This document shows, piece by piece, positions 11,001-19,409 of a DNA stretch of 38,915 bases; position 1 is the stretch's first letter; every line of letters starts with the position of its first letter. Source of the stretch: Trichomonas gallinae. Lineage: Eukaryota. The stretch covers positions 1 through 38,915 of the forward strand of contig MRSU01010306.1 in NCBI GenBank assembly GCA_008369845.1, read 5' to 3'. The notes beneath the pieces were generated by a model. That model was not told the origin of the DNA. It did not search any database and saw nothing but the letters and a program-made list of their open reading frames with translations. The position numbers were made by a program, and so were the translations under genes.

Positions 11001-11137
11001 ATACAACAGAAAATGCTGAGAAGGTAGTAGCCGCCGCAGTTGACAGCGATGAAACGAGATTAGAATTTTTTAAGGCAAATCTTGCAGAACTAGCCCAAGT
11101 TGAAGAGGAAGAAGAGGCTATAGAAGAAGAAGCCTAA
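8018..11137 (+). CDS. Importin-beta family karyopherin, importin-4/Kap123-like
   Basis: 1039-aa HEAT protein. The N-terminus EQIQQATTWLDSFYKEPIAIPHL..SQDPTDRQHAIIGLAKCVGLSW matches the IBN_N domain of importin-4/Kap123. Also ILRAGIQSDSPLLRDSCAKAADEF and C-terminal MRDRCVSCFG..LLAMPIQLDFD. Confidence 0.8.
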   Translation: MDDSTAYETLTQCYLLLRGSCPTNEQIQQATTWLDSFYKEPIAIPHLINFFKNSQDPTDRQHAIIGLAKCVGLSWELVAVESKAEVFKILLGMVITEPQWTIRRNIIDIISKAVSPDYCLIILEFVRECVSKQNTAHLEIALLLSALFPQGFLESSNDPNLPSFFFEMINIAFQCQQPEVLIAAIQFILENNIIDTSPNSHPEYWECFVNSFDLVINSQLLFPRLVNLYSTALGHANEHVNPIPLLEKCMNVFAQSNSNLRLILQLNIVIQAICHNYSQLIIQSGIAQTIIQTYMQYLIDQFEPEDQFVLSNAPAFEPIFTDLCTPETIQMMWEMCSQVATEFPGLFVFSRVMAATFTVAIDFYSSQMEQVVSILRAGIQSDSPLLRDSCAKAADEFVSSFVFESDELSLAFVHDIYKACQANISGELVQVLASLLDATKKTDHVFDEFFPFLVSVIQQCDVETQAAALQCISNLAKWSSYKIFVYYGQLLDILSDILGSTLDALEHLKGPAVITIAIVAVAIGSNFDDHLDTTFPFLISNLDNESLGASCITALENIMGSYVNRYYQDQYRSEFNEKILDPYMEGFLQYTLDNAMLDYSSQHKLQMELDEGFDYPQQFEKSASSLRLLSDIIAISPDLYDLYGSILIKACAIQAKSIAPKCRIAVTYALINLAKGTQVDTADEITVAQAIGAIIIELASESDANVCYETFLAASQIITWISWRSLLDTVEQLINVIAKMIEDPQTQMKRPMERGRDLFNACCDFIVSLTKSAGDAMVDGEQLIMPLIPSLKFFATHNVIRFRSIALSILASLLTFSSAKIDYSLKCDALEASLATVECGQCDEGSAFLCLKALATNHSELVLPYAARLYPVFLAHLDPNRAEMVERNILMRDRCVSCFGEFFLMKIFQPDNCDMSQVIHLSLLAMPIQLDFDLVHDTMVFFLWLFERSKGNYNDQFLRVLAVEFSNHWSNIELHDYREDTLLNKLRWTAFNLFNTTENAEKVVAAAVDSDETRLEFFKANLAELAQVEEEEEAIEEEA

Positions 11138-11736
11138 GTTGTTTGCAAAATAAATATGTTATATTGTTTGTTTTTTTATAATATAATCGTGATTTTTAAC
11201 AATGTTATCATTAATCCACTGTTATTATGTGCTAAAACAATTGCAGACCATGTATGTAGTATAATTTCATTTACAATACTTATAAATATGGAGTGTGTCA
11301 AATAATGATTTTTCATTTTCTTGTAAACACACAATGAATCAATTATGCAGCATCTGTCGAATCAGTGTTCGGTCAATGTTCCATTTATTGAATGGAAAAT
11401 GGTTCAAAGAAACAGAACACAAAAAATGATTCTGATTTGCACAATAGTTTGACTTTAATTCTTTGTCTAATAACTGATTGTTGTGAATCCAAAACTCTAG
11501 TAAATCATTTCGAAACATAGGCTTTTTCCGTAGCAAAACAAAAAAAAAAATTGAAAGGGTGCCTAATACTAAATTGATGATAGTAATAATATGAGAATAT
11601 TCATATAAACAATCTAAAATCATTATATTTTAAAAATAATTTTCCAACAAAAAAAAAAAAAAAATAGCAAACTAACGTAAAAACCCTTGAATTAATTTCA
11701 TAGGTTTACAAAATATCGCTCAAATTTTGCAAAGTG

Positions 11737-11797
11737 AACGATTAAAAAGAATTCAAATATTGTATGGTAAACGTTTAAAAAGGATTCAAATATTGTA
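11737..11797. repeat. 28-bp imperfect direct repeat (two copies) upstream of the 11937 gene
   Basis: AACGATTAAAAAGAATTCAAATATTGTA (11737-11764) and AACGTTTAAAAAGGATTCAAATATTGTA (11770-11797) differ at 2 positions. A partial third copy AACGATTAAA starts at 11803. Confidence 0.75.
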
Positions 11798-11847
11798 AAC
11801 TCAACGATTAAATTTCAATCAACTTCTGTATCTTTTTTTGACATAAA

Positions 11848-11906
11848 TTCAAACCCATCTAACTAATATATATGGACATTAATCATTATTTCAAACCCAT
11901 AACTAA
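11848..11906. repeat. Direct repeat TTCAAACCCAT(CT)AACTAA (two copies)
   Basis: Copies at 11848-11866 and 11890-11906, immediately upstream of Inr-like TCATTT (11908) and TCACTA (11928). Confidence 0.7.
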
Positions 11907-11936
11907 ATCATTTTTTTTTTTTTTGTTTCACTAATT

Positions 11937-12410
11937 ATGATGGAGAGAGAAACTAGTCATCCGGTAATAGTGATACAACGTGTTGGAAAAAGGAATACCG
12001 TCAGTACCAGGACCCTTGAAGAACAGACTATAACGAACAAAAGAATTAAAGCGTGTGGAGAAAGATTAGAAATAGTCACTAGGTATATTGAGAGCAAGTT
12101 TGGGGCAAAAAGCAACTTTACACATATTAAGAAGATTGCATCTTACATTGCCGAATCATTAAACATCAAAATAGACCGTGTTTCCAAGAGGAAGAAAGAA
12201 GCAATGTTATGTTGGTTTACGGAACATTGGGATTGCGTTTTTCCAGTACTATCGCAAACAGATTTCACGTTTGAAGAAGTTAAACCAAAGGTATCTTGTG
12301 AAGAAAATTCATCACCAAAACCAATCCAATTACCTTCAATCTATACCCTTTTTATTCCTATCAAGGCGAGTGTTGATTTTCAATCGTTGCCGTTCCTCAA
12401 TATTGTATAG
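11937..12410 (+). CDS. Small hypothetical protein with a basic helical domain (putative DNA-binding regulator)
   Basis: 157-aa ORF with an upstream Inr. Compact core KKIASYIAESLNIKIDRVSKRKKEAMLCWFTEHW and a C-terminal IQLPSIYTL motif. Confidence 0.75.
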   Translation: MMERETSHPVIVIQRVGKRNTVSTRTLEEQTITNKRIKACGERLEIVTRYIESKFGAKSNFTHIKKIASYIAESLNIKIDRVSKRKKEAMLCWFTEHWDCVFPVLSQTDFTFEEVKPKVSCEENSSPKPIQLPSIYTLFIPIKASVDFQSLPFLNIV

Positions 12411-14687
12411 CGATTAATCCAATATCGAATGATTTCGCCCTGAGCAAATCAAAACGATTTGTATAGACTTCATTGTTTGTAACAATTTTATTTGTGTGTT
12501 AATTAGCATTGGCTATATTCATTGAACCAAGATATAACACAAAAAAGTTACATCTAATAAAATTGATTAGTTATTCATTGCTGATTATTTCATTAAAGCA
12601 ACAGAGACATTTCAAGCCATTCAATTTTTTTTGAATACTATCATAATTTTTAAATAATCATCTACTTATTATGTTAATTATTTGGAAGAATAAAAGTTTC
12701 GGCAAAAAAAATTTATGACTCAAAGCAATTCACTGTAACATATTATTTTATTTATATTTTTGTTAGTTTATTCAATATTTGTTTCGGGATCTCAATTATT
12801 TTTGACATTTTTGAATTGCGAAATGTCAAAAACTGGTAAAATTGAAAAATCTCAAGGAAATATTGTTTTTTTAAATACTATATGATCATTGGTATAAAAA
12901 CAGTATATTCTGTAAAAAAGTAACTCGTTCATTTTCTATTTCTTCAAAATATTTCATTTCATGAAAAATCGGCTTTATAATTGAATTCATGAATCACTAA
13001 CTATTTTATTTTTTAACTCCAAATTTTTGTCTCGGATAATTTTAACAAAAAATTATTATTTTTGATGTAAGTAAATGAAATCGTGGTGTGATGATCATAT
13101 AATTGAGTATCATATGAAATATAATATTGCGTAAACCTTATCGATCGCTGGTTCTTGTTTTAAAATTGTTGCTAAGAGAAATTTCATGAAAAATCATCCT
13201 CATGAAGTAACATTAATATGGTACATTTCCTCCACATTGAGGATGTCATTATGGATACATCGTTAGCCTTAACCTAGAAGAGTCAAGTCTAAAACAAAAA
13301 CATAAAAAAAATTTTTATATGATTGAGAGAAAACTGTTTATAGTTGACATTTTTATTATATAGCATGTGCTGACTGAGAATAATGAATAATAAAACTTAG
13401 AAATATCAACGAGTAAATTTGAATCATGCCGATATTTATAAACTCAACAACAAGCACATGATAATGATTAAATTACTTAAATTTTCTTATTTTATTAAAA
13501 GTGACAGAATTTTTTCATCCTCCAACTAAAGTGCGTTATATCTTCCAGTAATTAAATATATAAAATTTATTTTTGAATGGAATTCAATACTCAATAAACG
13601 TGCTCACCTCACTTGTTATCTATTTTATGAATCTCCTTTATAAAAGAAATAAAATATCGATATTTTTCAAAAATTGAGAAATGTTTATTCACAGTAATGT
13701 CAGAAATTGGTTGCTTTGTTCATTCCTAACTTCCTCAGCTTTTGTAATTCCTATATTGATGCTCCTCAAGTGATAATGATGCTATTGCTGCTGGATAACT
13801 CGCAAAAATACGAAATATTTTGCTTCCATTAACTTGTCGAAAGTTAGCATTAACCAAACATGCTTCCTGTCAAGTACTGTTAAGACATCAAACTACATTA
13901 TGAATTATTGATTCTTTTTTAGCATTGAAAACTCATGAATTCATTAACACTCTGCAAATTCTTAAACTTAGAGATATTACACATTTCCTAATTTTAGATT
14001 AGCCATACATTTAAGAACTCTTCAATATATTATCAATCAAAAAAATTTGATAGATAATTTCCATCTAACTTTTATATTTACATTATATTCTCAATATTCC
14101 AACATATTATATCAAATTTTCCAAATCCAAATTATTTTTCTTTGAAGTCAAATCAATTTTATAGAAGAAAGTATTTGCTATGTTGTGTGTATAAAAATTC
14201 TAATTGATGTTATTGGTTATCATGTCAAATTTAATATAATTGGACTAGATTCTCAAAAACAAATTCTATATTTGAAATCAAGCAGTATTAAGCTGTAATA
14301 TTCAATCGAGAAAATGTCATTTTATGATGGACAAGGCATGAAATTTTCTATCGATCATCAAAAATCAGGATATATCATTTTTAGACTATTAATATGATAA
14401 GCTTTTGATATTAAACTTTCGAAAGTTCAGATCTATACCTGTATTGTTCATATTTAATAAAATCTGTCATAAATTTCTGTCTAATTGGGAAATGTTATTA
14501 ATGGTAATAAATCTGGAACAGGAAAATCGCCCAATATAAGATACTCAAGAATAAATAATTTGAAATTCAATTCAAACCAGCATATACATGATATTCATTT
14601 TAAGTATATGCAAGATATTCTATATCTTTGAAGTTATGGGCTAATTTTTAGTTATTTTTGAGATCCGAAATTTCATGATTTGTTTTC

Positions 14688-15085
14688 AAAACATTTGAAT
14701 ACAACTTGACTGTTTTGATTTGAGTTTCGGCGTTTGGTAATGATAAAGTTTTCAATCTCTTTCATGCAGTTCCTGGATTTGATTATAACTCAAAAGAGTT
14801 AGAAAACAAAACAGCTTTAATTTCGGCTTCAGAAAGAGGTCATCATATATTTCAATATTCTAACTACTTCTCACATTCTTTGGAATAGATGCCAATGCAA
14901 AAGACAGTCACATAAACAGAATAGACCGTCATTTTAATAGGTTATCATTTGCCTATAATCCTCAAAAATCTATGCTTTTAACTTCAAAATATGATCATCA
15001 TGAAGTTATACAGCTACTTCTCACACATCTAGATGTCAATGCAAAAGTCCGGGAAAACAAAACAACTCTACATTTCATGATAGAA
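14688..15085 (+). pseudogene. Ankyrin-repeat gene remnant with in-frame stops and a frameshift
   Basis: One frame reads KTFEYNLTVLI*VSAFGNDKVFNLFHAVPGFDYNSKELENKTALISASERGHH (14688-~14846). It shifts at ~14860 to *LLLTFFGIDANAKDS...MLLTSKYDHHEVIQLLLTHLDVNAKVRENKTTLHF. These match ankyrin consensus (D-x-N-x-K-x-x-x-x-x-T-A/P-L, G-H-x-E-V-x-x-L-L-L). Confidence 0.75.
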
Positions 15086-15708
15086 ACAATTAATAAAATT
15101 TTGAAATTTAATAATTTAGTTACTCATTGTGAGTTTCTAATTATTTTGCCTGTCAATATTTTCAAGTTAATGTATAGTATTTAATTTTACTCTGTGAATA
15201 AGTATATCTATATTTTTTTGGCTGAATATTGTTAATAGATGTAAAAAATGTTTATATAAGTTCAATTTGATACTTAAAAACTTCTCATAGTGCTCCCAAA
15301 AGGGTATTTGCATCATTTCTACGAAATAGTCTTAAATTTCAGAATCGCCTTGAAAATAGTCGGTTTTCTAATATAATGATTCACATATACGCATGGTATT
15401 TAAAATCATAAAAATAATTAAAATTTATTGTTTTCGCTATTTCTCGGAAATTTCGTAATTTTTATTTGTTTTTCACATCGTATACAATGTTATACATTAA
15501 TTAAATCAATAAAATTTCAAATTCGAAAAATTATTTTTGAAATCAATAGAATAATAGATAAAGACTATAATAAAATAATAAAAAAATTGTTTAAGTGATC
15601 CCATCCCCTGCATCAAAATAATTCCAGGGTTTTACTCTTTCACAAAATTATAAAAATAACGTTCAAAAATTGTCAATTTTTTTAAAAGTAAAAAATAAAA
15701 AATTTTGA

Positions 15709-18700
15709 ATGTCTTCACGAATTAATACAAGTCACGGCCGCCATAAACTGAAGGCTAAAGGATCAGGGAGGGACAGTATACTGAACCCCCAGCATCCATA
15801 CCAATCGATGAAGACTGTTTCGCCAAATTATTCATTTAATGCTTCTGTGCTCACTAAACAGAATTCTGAGGTTGTCAGGATAAAGCTTGGCCAAGAGAAA
15901 CAACAAAACAATGACCTGTTGCCTCCGTTGGCTAAACCCCAAAGTTCGTTATCTGTCGTTCCGCCAGATGTGACTGCTTCTTACCGTTCTGTGCCATCCT
16001 ACAAGCAAGTACAATCAATGGAGAGGCATCAGAGGTACGAGCAGATCCTGGATTCCTTTTTGGTAAATACTTTAGCTCAGCCGATCGCCAGCGCGATAGA
16101 AGAAACAATTTCTATAACTCTCGATGCTACAACAGTCACACTCTGGCAGGATATACCTTCGCTTCATATGCTTTACTCTAAAAGATTATCAAGAACTGTA
16201 AATCATTCATCAGGACTTGTCGGGTTCACATTTTTCACGAGAGAAATCGTTAAATCGGAGCATGCCGAGCAACATAACGCGTACGTTGAAAGCGAAGACT
16301 CGCAAATTTGTCCAGGAAATACTCAAGTACTTCTCTTCCCGCTTTGGGACTCGGAAAATAACATATGTGCTGTCGTTGAAGTTACGAAAATCCCTGGAAA
16401 ATCATTTTTCACTGAAGAAGACGAAGATTTTATTTTATTCTTTACAAAACGCTTCAAAATCTATTCACAGTGGCTTTTTAAGCCGCAATTCCCGCAAAAA
16501 TTAATATCAGACCTCACAAGTGTCATGGAACTCGAACAATTTTTATTAGTTTTTCAACAAAAAATTCCAAGCTTCTTCAACGCGAGAGCAGCTGAAATAT
16601 GGAAGTATGACATGCAGCAGAAAGTTTTAACACGCTATGACATCAGAGTCACAAATATCGACACAACAAATGCAGGAATTGTGTGGGAAGCCCTTACTAG
16701 GGAATGCCCAATCAATTGCAGCTGCAACAAGATGCTTTCTTCTTATTGCCCGGCAATTGACGGAGAAAAGACAGAACCGGTTCTAGTTTTGCCGATGGTT
16801 GATATCAAAAGGATGCTGAAATGGGCCGTGATTTTAAGGGGACGCCAAGGTTTGCCTGTTTTCACGCAAGAAGACGAGTTTATTTTAAGAGATGTCGCTC
16901 AAAGCTTCACAATCGCTTTAGACAATGCAGACAGATTCACGCAGGCTGGTGTTGGAAAGAACAGGTCAAGTCTCGAGCACCAATGCATAAGCTTGCTCGA
17001 AAACGCGGCTGATTCGATAACAAATGGAACCCCATTGAATGAGATCGTGAAATCTAGCTTAAGGACGCTCGAAAATCTTGTATCAGCTGATAGATCATAT
17101 CTATACTTTATAGATGACCAGACAAAGAAGTTTGTTTGCGAATTCGGTCACGGAAAAGTCACTATTGACGGAGGCAAAGGAATTGTCGGCCTCACTTTCA
17201 AAAACGCTCAGATTTATAACATTCCTGATGTTATGTCTTCAGTTGATTTCGATATGTCAGCAGACATTCAAACTGGCTACAAGACGACATCATTGTTATC
17301 TGTTCCCATCATCAACAACAGAAAAGAAGTTATTTGTGTGCTTCAGTTGTTAAATCGCAGAGATCAAAAGCCATTTTCCAATATTGACGTGAATTTCGCG
17401 AAAATTGTCACGAATTTGTGCGGCTTGATCATGGAGAACCAGAAAATGTTCGATGTTTCTATGCAGGCGAACAAAGAAGTCGATTCATTCATTCAATCAG
17501 CAAATTCCATGCGTAAAAGCATCCAGATGAAGGGAATTTTGTCTGAAATAGTTCATTCTGCGCTAGAAACATTGAATGGAGACAGAGCAACACTATTTAT
17601 TCACGATAAAGTTGTTGGTGTCCTTTCTACATTGATTGTTGACGGTGGAGAAATGCCGCAAACTGTTCCGATGTCCCACGGCATCGCTGCATCAACAGCA
17701 AACACAGGAACTGCCATAATTGTCAATGATGCATATCACGATCCAAGATTTAACAAGATGATCGACTTCCACACAGGCTACAAGACTCAGTCCATCTGCT
17801 CCGTGCCAATTATCACCCAAAATGAAGGAATAATTGGTGTCATTGAAGTTATTAACAAGAAAAACGGCCAATTCACTGAAAAAGACATTTCTCTGCTGGA
17901 ATCTTTCGCGACATTCTGCGGCCAATGCTTAGAGACAAAGCATCTGAAGGATATCACGGAGAGAGGAACAGCGCAGATCGAAATGTCAAAGTGGATCGGT
18001 GAATACGAAAGAGCGACATATAACATTCCATTCAAGCTGCAGATCCCGACAGCCAAGCAGAGCCAGCTGACGAGCTTGGACTTCTTCGCCGTCGACTGGA
18101 ATGGAATTGGATTGTTTAAGATCTGCTTCCACGTTTTCTCTACATTCGGTTTGTTGGAGAGATTCAAGATTTCAAACGAACTGTTTTTCACTTTCCTTTA
18201 CAAACTCAGAGAATCATACAACGAGCCTCCTTATCACAACTGGATCCATGCGATCGATGTGTTGCAGTACGTATCATATCAGGTTAAGATCACAAACGCG
18301 GACTGCATTTTAACTCAGCTTGAATTGTTGGCTGTTTGCGTCGCAGCAATTTGCCACGATGCCGGCCACGAAGGATTTAACAACGCATTCAACATCAATG
18401 CTGAGACTCCTCTCGGCATCTTGTTCAAGGATAGGTCTGTCATGGAGACTTATCACTGTACAGTCGCAATTCAAATCCTTAAGAACGAAGAGTCAAACAT
18501 TTTGCACGCTTTAACACACAATGAGCTTCAAATTATCTGGAAATGGATTATTCACTTGATATTGGCTACAGACATGGCCAATCACTTCAAGCTTATCAAA
18601 CAGGCCGAAGAGACATTAGAACAAGGCGCGTTGAATCTCAAGGAAGAAGCCGACAGATTAATGGCCATGGAGTTAATCATGAAAGTCGCCGACATTTCCA

Positions 18701-19122
18701 ATGTTTCCAGGCCTTTCAAGTTTGCTGACCAGTGGTGCGAAGTTTTGTCTGAAGAGTTCTGGCGCCAGGGTGATAACGAGAAGTCACTCGGCTTGCCTTA
18801 TTCTGGTCCCCTGATGAACAGAGAACAAGTCCAAAACAAAGCGAAAGGACAAGTTAACTTTTACACGTTCTTGTGTCTGCCGCTTTACACTGTCATCGCA
18901 AGAATCTTCCCAGAGCTGAAGGTCAACTTAGACAGCATGATGAGTAACTTAGACAAGTGGAAGCAGCTTGTGGCAGAACAAGAAGCTGCAGCGCAAGCTA
19001 AGCAGCAAAACAACGGCGAAGATACATTCGACGAAAAACCAGCCCCAGTCAGTCCTGAGAAGAACGAGCAGAGAATCTTAGAGACATCTCTCAGTGCCCT
19101 CAAACTCACACTGCTCAAGTAA
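15709..19122 (+). CDS. Class I 3',5'-cyclic nucleotide phosphodiesterase with four tandem GAF domains
   Basis: The PDEase catalytic motifs are all intact: YHNWIHAIDV, CHDAGHEGFNN, ETYH, LATDMANH, KVADISN, EEFWRQGD, GQVNF. Four GAF-type C-terminal signatures precede them: FFTEED, VFTQED, LLNRRDQKPFSNID, VINKKNGQFTEKD. Confidence 0.95.
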   Translation: MSSRINTSHGRHKLKAKGSGRDSILNPQHPYQSMKTVSPNYSFNASVLTKQNSEVVRIKLGQEKQQNNDLLPPLAKPQSSLSVVPPDVTASYRSVPSYKQVQSMERHQRYEQILDSFLVNTLAQPIASAIEETISITLDATTVTLWQDIPSLHMLYSKRLSRTVNHSSGLVGFTFFTREIVKSEHAEQHNAYVESEDSQICPGNTQVLLFPLWDSENNICAVVEVTKIPGKSFFTEEDEDFILFFTKRFKIYSQWLFKPQFPQKLISDLTSVMELEQFLLVFQQKIPSFFNARAAEIWKYDMQQKVLTRYDIRVTNIDTTNAGIVWEALTRECPINCSCNKMLSSYCPAIDGEKTEPVLVLPMVDIKRMLKWAVILRGRQGLPVFTQEDEFILRDVAQSFTIALDNADRFTQAGVGKNRSSLEHQCISLLENAADSITNGTPLNEIVKSSLRTLENLVSADRSYLYFIDDQTKKFVCEFGHGKVTIDGGKGIVGLTFKNAQIYNIPDVMSSVDFDMSADIQTGYKTTSLLSVPIINNRKEVICVLQLLNRRDQKPFSNIDVNFAKIVTNLCGLIMENQKMFDVSMQANKEVDSFIQSANSMRKSIQMKGILSEIVHSALETLNGDRATLFIHDKVVGVLSTLIVDGGEMPQTVPMSHGIAASTANTGTAIIVNDAYHDPRFNKMIDFHTGYKTQSICSVPIITQNEGIIGVIEVINKKNGQFTEKDISLLESFATFCGQCLETKHLKDITERGTAQIEMSKWIGEYERATYNIPFKLQIPTAKQSQLTSLDFFAVDWNGIGLFKICFHVFSTFGLLERFKISNELFFTFLYKLRESYNEPPYHNWIHAIDVLQYVSYQVKITNADCILTQLELLAVCVAAICHDAGHEGFNNAFNINAETPLGILFKDRSVMETYHCTVAIQILKNEESNILHALTHNELQIIWKWIIHLILATDMANHFKLIKQAEETLEQGALNLKEEADRLMAMELIMKVADISNVSRPFKFADQWCEVLSEEFWRQGDNEKSLGLPYSGPLMNREQVQNKAKGQVNFYTFLCLPLYTVIARIFPELKVNLDSMMSNLDKWKQLVAEQEAAAQAKQQNNGEDTFDEKPAPVSPEKNEQRILETSLSALKLTLLK

Positions 19123-19409
19123 TTCTTTATTAGTATGTTTATTTAGTTATTTATGTAATTTTTATGATAAATTATTTGTTTGTTTTCAAAACTTGAATTC
19201 TTTCCTTCCTCTTTTTTATCTATATCTATTGAACTTCATCTTATATTTAAATTTAGATTTATTTATTGTATTGATTATCAGATTTCATCGCAATTTTTGC
19301 AGAATGTGTTAGATCACCCCTTTATTCATTAACTTTGTCTCCCGAAGCTTTTTCAAATTATAATAATAAATAAAGAGAGAAAATTAGACAATAAAATTAA
19401 AGAAATGCT

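Noticed and set aside
15665..15681. Palindrome AAAAATTG-T-CAATTTTT just upstream of the PDE start
   Set aside because: Almost entirely A/T and expected by chance in this composition.
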